From assembly GCA_016748015.1 (NCBI GenBank), contig JAAOMT010000703.1, positions 928,255 to 992,254 of the forward strand: a stretch of DNA of 64,000 nucleotides, written 5' to 3'. Made by a program: the position numbers and the translations under genes. The notes under the pieces were generated by a model, which worked only from the letters and a program-made list of their open reading frames with translations, ran no database searches and had not been told where the DNA came from. Below, piece after piece: positions 50,216 through 62,911 of the stretch. This stretch comes from Geosiphon pyriformis uo1 (Eukaryota > Fungi > Glomeromycota). Position 1 is the stretch's first letter. Each line of letters opens with the position of its first letter.

Positions 50216-51061
50216 TGTTATAAGTGATTATTTGGGGTTTCAAGTCAAATAACAAACCTGTAACTTGGTGTTCAATTGATTTCTTGATAATAATTTCTGA
50301 TGGTTTTGGTGATCTGAAAATTTTGAGTTGGAATTCTTTGTATAATAGACAGAAATTCAATAGTTGTTTTCAGTAGTCTCTCGAAATTGCAATTCTGTCA
50401 ATTTTTTTCTTAGCTTGGTGGCTGGCAATCCTCTAATAAGTAATCCATAATTCTTGTATGTGCTCTATCCACTCACAGGGGTCTTTTACCAGGCAGTTTT
50501 TGATGTTAATAATTCAGTGCTTAATCCTTAATCAATTAGTAAACACAATAAAACAAAGAAAATAAAAGAAAAATAAAAGAAAATAACAAAAAGATAAAAA
50601 AAATTAAGCCAAGGCATTTGCAAGTTAGTATTCTGTCAATAGCCATGATTAAGAGCTATTGTTCCAGTATGGTTAAGTATCAATTGTTATCAACATGAAG
50701 TGTTGATAGTGGAGAGTGGATTGAAAATATAGAATAATTATTTATTGATATTTGTGATATGAAAGATTGCTTAGATTAAATCTAAACTGAGAGGTCTTTT
50801 TTTTCTACTTCTAACACTACCACTATATATACATAATTGAGATTCCTCAATTCCTCAATTCTTCACACCAAGAATTCTGGAATTTCTGGAATCTTGCAAT
50901 TTCTTTTAAGAAGAATCCTGCGATTCCTTTGTACAAGAATTCTGAAATTTCTGGAATCCTGCAATTTTTTTTGAAAGGAATCCTAGAATTTCACATTTAC
51001 TATGGCTACTTCTGATTGGCTAATTTATATGCTAATATATTTCTATATTCTATGAGTAACA
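50216..51061 (-). repeat. G2 3' LTR
   Basis: Right end defined by the PPT and TAACA; left end inferred from TGTTA at the AT-desert boundary; 65-bp tandem duplication at 50869-50984. Confidence 0.75.
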
Positions 51062-51764
51062 TTATTCTCTTCTTTTAATATTAAGCTTTATTGAGATCTC
51101 CTAATTCTAATTTTTCATCTTTGAGTATTTCTTGAACTTTTTTTTCAAGAAATACTTGAGTTATTTTGTTTTGTAATTCTTCAAATTGGATGTTGGTTAT
51201 TTTTCCCATTTGGTTAATTGTAATAGAGTTCATTTCTGTATTAAGTAAGATTTCTGGTCTGTCTTGAAATCCCGTATGTAGCTGATAAATAGCTCTTGCT
51301 TATGTAGTTAAATTGTTTTTTTCCACAAATTGTTCCAGTTGTTATAATATTATTGTGTTGAATAATTGTTTTGTTTTATTCATGTATAAGTTCTAAATGT
51401 TCAAGTGTTGTTCCAAGTAGAAGTAACAAAAGTTCTTTGGAAATTTGTGTATCCACTATTTCCAAGTTTTTTTGGTCAACTCTTGATATGTGGTAACACT
51501 TGTTGGTTCTTTTATTGCTAATTTTATTTTCAGAACCATTTTGTCAATAGTGTTTTCTGTTTTCCTTTGACTTTTGTATTTGAGTATCTTTCTGGTATCT
51601 TGGTATCAAATGGTTTGTTGATTAATAGTAATTTCCATATTCTGTTATTGGATTAGTTTGAAAAGTTGTTGTGCTAGTAAGTAGATGTTGTCAGTGATTT
51701 CCATTTTTCTAAAGTCTTTTGTTGTATTTACCATGTCTTTATATACTCTTTTTATTGTTCAATT

Positions 51765-53141
51765 TTACATGTTTGGTTCAATAATTATAATTGGTTTCAG
51801 ATTTTATGGAATTTTATCTGGTTGGACTAATATTCCCTGTACTTCTAATTGTGGAATATTACTGGTAGATGATGACACTATATGGTAATATGGTTTTAGT
51901 TAATTACTATGTGCTGCTTTGGCTAAGATTTTGTTGTCCTATCTTAATTTATAAGCTTTATTTCTAAGAATTTTTTCTATGTGAAATAGTCCATCCCATT
52001 TGAAGTCAAATTTTCTACTTTATTGTTTTTCCACTTTGGTATAATGTAAAAGTATTTTGTCTCCAATCTTAAATTCAATTGGTTTATCTGGTAGTTGGTT
52101 ATCATGTCTTTTTTTTTGTTTCTCTTATGACTTTTGGATGTTATTAGCTGCTTTTCGCCATTTGTTTTTTAGTGTCTTCATTAAGTTATATGTTCTTCTT
52201 AACAATGTTCTTTGGAAATTCTCTTCTGTTATTGGTTCTGTTGGATATGTTTTGATTTCTATCTTAACTGGTAATGTTGCTGTTCTACCATATACTAATT
52301 CAAATGATGTTGCTTGTATAGTGTCTTGCTTCATTGTCCAATAAGCAAATAATACTGATGGTATAAACAAATCCCATTTATTTTGGTTTTCTTGGCTAAT
52401 CTTGGCTATTGTTTTACACAATGTTCTGTTGAATCTTTTGACTAACTCATTTGTTTGTGAATGGTATGATGATAATAGTGGTCTTTTGATTCCAAATCTT
52501 TGGCTTAATTTTGCTAATGTTCTGTTTACAAAGTGAGTTCCTTGATTAGATAATAATTCTTTTGGATATCTGTGTCGACAGATCAAGTCTTGATAAATGA
52601 ATTTAGCAACGGATTCTGCATCTGCTCTTTGAATAGCTTTTGCTTTCAGCCATTTAGTAAAATAATCCATGGCTACTGCAATATATCTGTTGTCTTTGGT
52701 AATTATTGTTAATGGTCTGACTAGATCAATTCTAATTCGATCAAATAGTTGTCCCACTTTGATTGGTCTTAATGGTTTACTTGGCCTTGCTTCTCCTCTT
52801 CTCTGACAAGCATCACAATTTTAAACATATTGGATAATGTCTGGATATATTAATGACCAATAGTATCTTTTTCTGATTCTTTTCATAGTTGCTTCTCTAT
52901 GGAAATGTTTTGCCATTGAATCTGAATGCATGTTGAATAATATTGTCTCTTTCTCTGGTTTTGTGATTACTCTGATTGGTTGATTTGAATTCTTTCTATT
53001 TTTCTGGTAAAGTATATTTTGGTGGTTGATAAAATATTTTAATTGTTGTTTTATGTTGTTTTGTTCTTTTTGAGATAATTTCTCCTTAAACAAATGAGTA
53101 TTTATATAATGTTAGAGTTGTTGGTATTTTTGGATATTTAT
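51765..53141 (-). pseudogene. G2 integrase, separate ORF
   Basis: MHSDSMAKHF...CDAC, RIRIDLVRPL, SNQGTHF, YHSQTNELVKRFN, KWDGLF, PIIIIEP; start codon ATA (inferred eroded ATG) at 53141, 29 nt after the RNase H stop. Confidence 0.88.
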
Positions 53142-55171
53142 CTTTTGTTATATTTTTGGGTTAAGATATTTCAGATTTGTCTTATTCATGACAGACTGTC
53201 AGCATTTCTATTTTTTTTCTCTTTTTATAATATACTGTATAATTAAATAGTGAAAGTTCTATTTTCCATCTAACATGGTGATTGTCTCCAAATTCTTGCT
53301 TCTGAATTGAAGTCAATTTCTTGTGATCAGTGTACACATCAAATTTTTGACTCAAGTATTTCTTCCACTTGATGACAGCCCAATAGATGGCTAAGTGTTC
53401 CAGTACTGAAGTTCTATAGTTCTTTTCAGCTAGACTTAAGCTTCTATTTGTATAAGCTGCTAGATGTTCTTGTCTGTCCAGTCCTTTCTAAGATAATACT
53501 GCTTCCAATGCTTGACCAGATGCATTAATGGTGATTATAAATGGCTTGCTATGATCTGAATAAATTAGTACTGGAGCTTGAATAAACTTTTTTCTTAATG
53601 TATTAAAAGCTTTTTGCTGAATTTCTGTTCATTCATATTTGGTGTTCTTTGTTTGAAATTGGTATAGTGGTTGAGCTATTTTGGAAAAGTTCTTGATAAA
53701 GCAGTAGTAGTATCCAGCAAATTCCAAGAATGTTTTCAATTCTGTGAGATTATTTGGTACTGGAAAGTTTTTGACAATTTCAATCTTGTCTGGATCCGTT
53801 TTGATTCTGTCTTTGCTTACAACATGTCCCAAAAACTTGAGTTCAGTTTTCTCAAAGAAATATTTGGTTGTATTTAGCTTTAATCCAGCTCTTTTTAATC
53901 TTTCAAACACTTGTTAGAGGTGATACAGATAATCATTAAATGTTTTTGAGAACATATTGGTGTTATCCAAGTATACGACTACTGATTTCCATAGTAGCCC
54001 AGTATAAACAATTTCCATAAGTTACTGGAAAGTGGCTGGAGCATTCATCAAGCCAAATAGTATTATTTCAAATTCAAAGTTTCCTTCTTGAATTATAAAA
54101 ACTGTTTTCTCTTTGTCTTCTGGTTTCATGGCTACTTGCCAGTAACCACTGTCTAAGTCTAACATTAAAAACTATCTTTTTCCTCCAAAAGCATTGAAAA
54201 GTTCTTGAATCTTTGAAGTTGGGTAGCTGTCTCCTTTTGTTACTCCATTCAGTTTTTGGTAATTCACACAAAAGCGGATTTTTCTATTCTTCTTATAAAC
54301 TAGTACTATTGGTAATAACCATAGACTCATTAATGGCTGAATTAGTCCATTGTTAAGCATTTGATTGATTTCTTAATGAATGATCTTATGGCTGGCTGGT
54401 GATACTCTGTATGCTCTTTGTTTAATTAACATTGTATCTCCAGTCTTAATCTGGTGCTGGATTATATCAGTTCTGCCAAATTCATTTTTACTGGTGAAAA
54501 TGTTATTAAAATTGTTGAGTAATATCTTGAGTTGCATCCATTAGAGTGGATCTAAGTTTCCCAAGTTCATCTGTTCTAATTGTTTTGGTTGGAACAAATA
54601 ACATTCTTTTCATTCATAAATTGTTTGTGATGTAATATCTACATATCCACAAAGTTATGAAAAGTCTGAAATGGAGTTTGGTGGTTGGTCTTCTATTTCT
54701 GTGCTTAGATATTCAATGATAGTTCCTTCTGGTATTTCTACAACATTTTCTGTGTTGTTGTAAATAGAAATTTTGATGTAATTATAGTTCTTGGCTGGTA
54801 TGTGGAGATTGACAAGTCCAATTTTTTCTGATTCACAAATGGTTAATTCGGTTTCAAAAATTTGTACTTGATTTTTTACTTTCTTATCTATAGTGTATAT
54901 GTACTGGTCATATAGTGGAATGGAAATTGCTTGATAGATTAAAATAATTTCTCTTTTGTTAACAATTTTTTTTTGCCATATTAACTGGTACATCTACCTG
55001 TTGATCTGAATCTCTGTATCCCTCTTGCTGTTATCTCTAGTTCTTTTCTGTTTCCTACTGATACTAATTAAGCTATTTTCATCAGAGGCAGGAATATTGC
55101 TTGTGCTATCTTTTTGTTTGGCTCTATAATATAGGCTTTTTCAGAATTATTTTGTAGCATTGCAATAATAT

Positions 55172-55860
55172 TGTTACAGGTTGGAGTAATAAGCTAACAG
55201 ATAACAAGAGAGAACAGAATTGTAGAGTGATAGAAATAATCAAAGGGAATTCAACTTCAAAGAGCAAATTGAATAAGTATGGATTCAATGTGCGAGATCA
55301 GTCTCATAAAATATCTCAGTCACTATACTTTTTAAAAGTAACTGGAGAATCTGAAGGTAGAGGGATAGTCTGTACTGTCAACAAATAATCACACTTGGTA
55401 TAATTCTATGCCTCATGTCAGCACTCTTAGAATTCAATATCAAGTATCAGATGTGCTTTTCAGTTATGTTTTATTCAATAATCTTCAAATATTGCAATTA
55501 CACGGTTTAGGAAAAGGGTAAAAAATAACCAACAAGTAATCTTTTATCTTTAAGATATTCAGATACTTGAAAGTAGGGAAAGAGAAATTAGTAATAAGAG
55601 AAGAATTAAGATGAAATTGTTATTTTATTTCTTTATTTTTTTGATTTTTTCATGTCTTTCTACAGCTAAAAGATTCATCACTTATATAGCCATCAAAAGT
55701 GGTCAATGATCAGATCAATAGTCAGATCAATAATCAAGTCAACAGTCAGGTCATTGATCAGGTCAATGATCACTTTCTAAAAATAGAGTGGCTAATTTAT
55801 ATGACATCAGTGGTTAATACATGTGATAATTAATAAAAAGTATAAGTTTCAACCATAATA
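55172..55860 (-). repeat. G3 3' LTR (689 bp; 6 x 12-bp units at 55701-55772)
   Basis: Direct repeat of 62187-62911; adjacent minus-strand PPT GGAAAGGATGA at 55861-55871. Confidence 0.95.
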
Positions 55861-58800
55861 TCATCCTTTCCAAAGAGATTAAGCTCTGGTGAAATCAAGC
55901 TATTTATGGTATAATCTATTAAAAGAGTTTTATCTAACTCAAAACTAACTAGTTTGTTGAAGTCTTTTGTGAATAAGGTATATAACACTTAAGACAAAAT
56001 AAGTTTTGTATCCAAGAGACCAAATTTTTGTATTAGAGTTTTGACTCTTTTAGCAATAGTTAAAACTCTTGAGACACCTAACTGTATAATGCCCAAAATC
56101 TCTGCCTGTATCTCTGAAGTTGTTTTTTTCATGAGTTTCATATCTTCTATGATTTCACCAAGGTGACTATAGAGTTCTAATTGCCTTCCATATAACAAGT
56201 TTTTGTCTATGGGTAAGATTTCTTAAAGTGTTTTTCTAATTGTGTTGGAAGGTAAGAGTATAGCTGCTATTATACTTTTCAACAGATATTTATCCATTTT
56301 ACTACCAATTTTTTCTCTTCTGATAATGGTTTTCTTTGGTCTAATAACAGTATGTGTTCCACTGTTATTAGTTATGGTGGTTTGTTTTTTAATGGTCAGA
56401 GTAGCATTTGAATAGTTTTTGATCCAATACTCATGAAGAGTATAGAAAACGTTTTGAATGTTTTGATCCAGAAAATAATTGTTTATGTCAATTGAAGATA
56501 TCTCTGTTTTGGGAATAATGCATTTATTTATACATGATTTTTGTTGATTATTTGAGTCGGTATTACCACAATAGGCAGCCAATCAGGTCGTTTATGATAT
56601 TTCTTAAATCATGTACCATAAACAGAACAATCATTGAAGATTGTTCCAGATTGATTTTGAAGAATATAAGAATCATTGTTTAAAACTTTGTTGACTATAA
56701 AGGGTTTTTTCCACTGGCTAGAGAATTTATCACCATAAACATTGTCTCTATCTGAATAGTATTTCAATACCAAGTTACCAATACTTAAAAAAAGTGTTTT
56801 ATAGGTTTTTTTTTTCTTAAGCTTTTCTTGAAACTGTTTTATCTTTTCAAAAGTGATTATTCGTGCTTCTACCAAGGAGTCAAGAATGGTATCAAGTTTT
56901 TTTTGCAAAATGTTTTTGTAATTCCCTATTGTAATCTCTTCAAAGGGTATTGTTTCAATATTAGTTTCTATTGGTAGTGTTGTCATGCGTCTATAAAACA
57001 GATAAAAAGGTTCATAACTTGTTATGTCATGATTTACAGTTTTATAAGCAAACAAAGCTGAAGGCAGTACTTTGTCTGATAAGTTTGTTTCTTTACTGGT
57101 TTTGGTTAGAGTTTCACATAATGTTCTATTGAAACATTCTACTAAGCCATTTGTTTGGAGATGATAAAAGGAGGAAAGTTTATAATGTATTCCCATTTTC
57201 CTACAAAGTTCTTTAACCAGTGTATTGAAAAAAGCTCTTCCTTTATCAGATAAAAGTTTTTTGGGACAGCCATGATGGCAGATAATATCTTCATAAATGA
57301 AATTGGCTATTGAAACTGCTGTTTGGTCTGGAGTGGCTCTTGCTTTTACCCACTTTGTAAAATAGTTGGTAGCTGTGATAATATATCTGTTGTCATTAGG
57401 AGTGATTGTTAAAGATCCAACAACATCTATATCAATTCTGTTAAAAGGTTGACCCAGAGATTGGATGGATATTTTTTTTGCAATTGAGTTTGTTTCTTCT
57501 TTGGCAGATATTACAAGTTTTAATGTATTCAGTAATGTTTTTTCCCAAGGTAGATCAATAATAACAAGCTAAAGTTTTCTGAATTGTTTTTGTTTTTTCA
57601 AAGTGTCCAACTAATGGATCAGTGTACATATTATATATTATAATTTCTCTTTCTTCAAATCTGATAACTCTTTAGAGGCAGTCAGGATCTTTTCTGTTTT
57701 TTTTATATAATTGGTTCTGACAGATCAAATAGAAATTTGATTGTTTGTGCAAATGTTCTCTTTGCTATTGAGTGTATTCTGGTGAGTATTGTTCTTTACC
57801 CAAAAATTCCATTAAGGCAGAGTAGTTGTCCAAGTCCATTATCATGTTTGTTTATGAAGGAGTTACTAATAATTAAGTTGGTTTGGTTTGAGAGGTTGTA
57901 CTGTCACTGGATGGTAAGTCTAAATAGAGCATTGGTGTTTTAATGATTTGCTCCTTTGTGGTGTTGAATATCATAGTCAAATTCATTCAAGTGAAGTATT
58001 CAACAAGTTATTCATTTGTGTTCCAGCTTCTTTTTATTGCACAGCCAAACCAAGGCTTAATGATCTGTCACCACTAAGAATTTTGCATTAAAAAGATATT
58101 GATCCCAGTAGCTAGTAGCCCAAACTACTGTTAGACATTCTTGTTCAGTAATTGAATAGTTCTTTTCTGCTGGTGTAAAGGATCTACTGGCATATGCTAT
58201 TGCATGTTCTCTGCCATTTTCATCTTTCTGTGAAAAGACAGCACCAAGTCCATAGCCAGATGTATCAGTGTGGAGAATAAAAGGTGATCCAGATCAAGTT
58301 GTTTGAGAATTGGTTCAATAACAAGTTTTTCCTTCAGAAATTCAAAAGCTTTTTGTTGATGAGTGCCCCAGTAATAATTGACATTTTTCCTGAGTAGCTG
58401 ATTGAGAAGAAAGACGATTTTGGAGAAATCCTTAATAAATTTGTCATAGTAAGAGGCCAAACCAAGAAAAAAGCATAGTTTAGGAACATTCATTGGCTGT
58501 CTAATGTTCTGGACTTTTTCAACTTTAGCTAAGTCAGAGAAGATTCCATCTTTTGTAATAAGATGACCAAGAAACTGGGTGGATTGGCATTTAAAGAAAG
58601 ATTTGATTGGGTTGATCTTAAGGCCAGCATTTCTGAGCAGGTCAAAAACCTTCTGTAAATGTTTAAGGTGTTTATCTTAGGTTTTTGAATATACCATTAT
58701 GTCATCCAAGTAAACCAGAACAAAGTTTTTTTTTACTGATTCAAACACTTTATCCATTAGGCATTGAAAGGTGAAAGAAGCATTAATGAGACCAAAAAGC

Positions 58801-61800
58801 ATAACTGTAAATTCATAGGTGCCATACTTGGTGATAAAGGCAGTTTTCTTTCTGCTTTCTGGATCCATCTCTACTTTCCAGAATTCAGCAGTTAAGTCAA
58901 TAGTTGAGAAAAAAACAGCACCATTGAATTTATCTAGCATTGCATCAATTTTGGAGAGTGAATACATGTTTCTTATAGTGATGGCATTTAATTGGCAGTA
59001 GTCAATACAGAAGCATAGAGTTCCACCTTTCTTGAATACTACTACAACTGGAAAAGCCCATTTACTCTTGGTTTCTTGTATGAATTCAAGATCTTTCATC
59101 CAGTTTATCTCTTTCTTAATAAACTCATCATTGCATTGATTGGATTGATAAGGCTTCAAATGGATGGGACAAGTTTCTTTGGTGGTGATGGTGTATTGTA
59201 TCACATAGGTTCATCTAGGGACATCACCTTCTTTTGAGATAATTGGGCTATTTCTAGCCAACAGATTTTCAATGTCCACTTTTCTTTCTTCAGGGGAAGG
59301 TTCTCTTTGTTCTATAATTAGTAACTGGATTTCAGGTGGTTTATTCTTAAAGGACTTTTGTACTTCTTTAAGTTCTTTTCGAGATATTAAACTAATTGGT
59401 TCTCAATCTTTGTAATAGATTAGGCAGGATTTGCATTCATCACTTGATGAATACAAAGGTTTATTGCACTAGCACCATGCACAAGGGCCATGCTACCAAT
59501 AACTGTATTTGGCTTTCTTGCTAGGTTTTCTGTCAAAGGTTCTTCTGAGGATATCATAATAAGACCAGCAGATTAGCTTGCCATTTACTATGATTTTTTC
59601 TTTGTCAGCTTTAACATTGTCCAGTGGCTTGCCATTGTTGGTGAAAATGGTATAAGTGAGTTCAGCAGTTTCTTTTTGTTTTTCTTGATCTTCTTTGTTA
59701 TTACTTTCATTATCATCTGATTCATCTGATTGTTCTTCTTTTTGGTTCTGTTTGGTTGCTGAAGGAGTTGTCCAATGATGGCATTTAACCACAATGAATT
59801 TTTCACCACATCTGATGATTAGCTTGCACAGTTTATAGTCAAGTAGTGCTTTGGCTTTCTTAAGCCACTCATTACCAACAATAATAGTATATTTTTTTGC
59901 TTTAAATACTTTCATATCTGTTTCAATGCTGATATCATTGATGTGGACAGGAATAGCTTTGGCTATGCCCAGGTCTTTCTTTTTGTTATTATGTACATTG
60001 GTCATTGGTCTTGTGGAAGGCTCATCAATTTTTCTGCCAATTGCTTCAAGAAAGTGTTTGGCAATTACACTAACAGATAATCTACTGTCTAAAATCAGGT
60101 CAATGAAGTAACCAGCCACTTGGGCTTTACAAATCAGAGGGGTGACATTGCTGTTATTAGCAAGTCCAGCTTGGTGAGAGCGTTTGTTGGTCTTTGGTGT
60201 CTTTTTCTTTGGTATTAAAGATTTGCGAAAATTTTTTCTGAACTGTGAATGAGTCATCAGTTGGCCAAATGTAATGTGTGCTGGGGTTTCCATGAGATCT
60301 TTAACAACAGAATAGGGTCCAGATTTTTGTACAATTTCTAAAAGTTCCAACTTTGGAGGATTTTTAAAAACTTTAGTCTTTGGTAATTCATTGTTGTCAG
60401 CAAATGATTTGGATGTTTTGTTTGGGTCCAAGACAAAGTCAACCTTGGCTTTCTTCTTCTTTCTGGTTGATTCAGAGGTGTTAATTGCTAGTTCATCCAT
60501 GTCATGATTATCATTAGTTAAGTTAAAAGTGTAAAAAGGGTTTTCTTCTGGTTGGCTTGCACTCTTACCCTTTGGAGGTGTGCCTATCAGTTTAAGGCTG
60601 ATAAATGGTGGCTTTAACTAAGAGATCCTCTCCAAAGAAATTGATGTTGGTATGATTGGGTCTTTGGTTGGAAACATTATTGTTGGTGGTTCTGTTGTTT
60701 TAATTGTCATTGTTTCTAGGAGCTGGAGGGGGCAATAGAGGATTGTTGCAGTCTTTTGAGAAGTGTCCAGTTAGTCCACAGCGATAGCACACAGGTAGGC
60801 CACAATTTTGCTGTCTTTGATGTGGTGGTTGTTGGGACTGATTAAAGCAGGATTCAAATCTGGGTCTTTGAGGTTGTTGATTTTTTCTAACTGCTTGGGC
60901 CAAAAGTTCTAATAGCCGGGCAAGATTTGCTGTGAGCCTATTTATTAAATATTCATTTGGGTCTTGAGTTTGGGCAGCAAAAGAGGTAGCAGCCATTTGT
61001 GGAGTAGGAGCCATAATAGAAGCAAGAGCAAAAACTGGAAGCGTGAATTCCAAGTACATTCTTTGGTTGTCTTCAATTTATTAGGCAAGTTTAATAGCCA
61101 TGTCCATTGTTGGTTGTCTTTTAAAGCCAAGAGAGGCCAAAGAGCATATAATAGATCAATTTTTAATCTTTTTGTAAAGGAATGGATCTTTTGCTCTTCT
61201 GTCTAGTTTCTCCCAGAATCTACATGTTTAATTAGCTTTCTGATAGCTTTAGCATATTCAGTTACTACTTCTCCAAGGCCTTGGGTTCTTCTTTCCAGTT
61301 CTATGTGCCATTTTGAGATTAAAATGGGAGTTCTAAATTTAGTTTCAAACTGCGTTGTAAAAGAGGTGTTTTTTTTTCAGCATTTGTTGGTGTCCATCTA
61401 ATAATTCTTTGGTGAGCACCAGCATCAGTTTTTTGTGAGAACCAAGTAGTAAAAGAGCCTTGGAAGTACCCACCAACAATTTGGAACTTGTATTCATTAT
61501 TATATTGGTTGGCTGTAGCAGCTCTTTCAAAGTCATCTAACCATTCAATTGGATCTTGGGCATCACCTCTGAATAATAGTAATGGGATGTTGTTTCTTTA
61601 CCCTAAAGCAGTCTGTATATCTTAGAGGGCAATCAGAATGTTTTGTTGTAAAGGGTCTTAAGCCATTGGTTCAGGTGTAACTGTTTGTGTGGAGTGTTCT
61701 GATTCACTTGAAAAGAGATTAAAAACAAGAGCAGTTTGATAGCTTTCTTCTTCTGTTTCAAGAGGAGTTTCTGTTGATTGATGAGCAGCAATCCAAATGT

Positions 61801-62186
61801 GGATTTGATGATTCAGATATTTGAAATCAGGGGGCTGTTGTTTAAAGGTTGCAGAATATAAGAGCTGATTGATACTGTTGTTTCTTTCTTCAAAGTTGTC
61901 TTCAAAATAAGCTTGGTCAAAGTAATAGGTTGTATAAGCTGTATAGGTTTCAGTTGAATGCTCATTCAGAAACCAGTTCCAAAAGTCTTGGAATTGTCTA
62001 CTGGATTGTTCTTCAATGAAGAAGCAAATTAAGCAAGAGAACAAAGGATTGAGTTCAATAAAGTCTAGATCATTTTTGTTGTGTGCTTTAAAGTGTTCTT
62101 TTGATTGTTGTGGCAGGTATGAATAATTACCCATATAATAAGAAACAAAGTGGATTTTGACAACTTCACAAGAAGCACTACTTTTA

Positions 62187-62911
62187 TGTTACAGATTGAA
62201 GTAACAAGCTAACGGATAGCAAAAAAGAACAAAATTGTAGAGTGATGGAAATAATCAAAGAGAATTCAACTTCAAAGAGTGAATTGAATAAGTATGAATT
62301 CAATGTGCAAGATCAGTCTTATAAAATATCTCAGTTGCTATACTTTTTAAAAGTAACTGGGGAATCTGAAGGTAGAGGGATAGTCCATACTGTCAACAAA
62401 TGATCACACTTGGTATAATTCTATGCCTTACATCAGCACTCTTAGAATTCAATATCAAGTATCAGATGTGCTCTTCAGTCATGTTTTATTCAATAATCTT
62501 CAAATGTTGTAATTACATGGTTCAGGAAAAAGGTAAGGAATAACCAACAAGTAATCTTTTATCTTTAAGATGTTCAGATACTTGAAAGTAGGGAAAGAGA
62601 AATTAGCAATAAGAGAAGAATTGAGATGAAGTTGTTATTTTATTTCTTTATTTTTTTGATTTTTTTATGCCTTTCTACAGCTAAAAGATTCATTGCTTAT
62701 ATAGTCATCAAAAGTGGTTAATGATTAGGTTAATGGTCAGGTCAATGATCAGGTCATTAATCAGATCAATGATTAGGTCAATAATCAAGTCAACAGTCAG
62801 GTCATTAATCAGGTCAATGATCACTTTCTAAAAATAGAGTGGCTAATTTATATGACATCAGTGGTTAATACATGTGATAATTAATAAGAAGTATAAGTTT
62901 TAACCATAACA
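62187..62911 (-). repeat. G3 5' LTR (725 bp; 9 x 12-bp units at 62716-62823)
   Basis: TG...CA termini; followed on the minus strand by an eroded PBS-like TAGTGCTTCTTGTGAAG. Confidence 0.95.

Larger units (their letters stand above)
55172..62911 (-). mobile_element. Ty3/Gypsy element G3, full length, no dUTPase, nested in the G2 dUTPase
   Basis: LTRs 55172-55860 and 62187-62911; TSD ATAT at 55168-55171 and 62912-62915; gag 62134-60700 (CYRCGLTGHFSKDC); protease LILDSRLSVSV; RT VYLDD near 58700; RNase H to 57904; IN 57845 to ~56530; ORF3 56582 to ~55865. Confidence 0.96.

Noticed and set aside
55701-55772. LTR tandem repeats (12-bp and 23-bp units) as CRISPR-like arrays
   Set aside because: Units are contiguous without unique spacers, lie inside LTRs of a eukaryotic element, and no cas genes are present.
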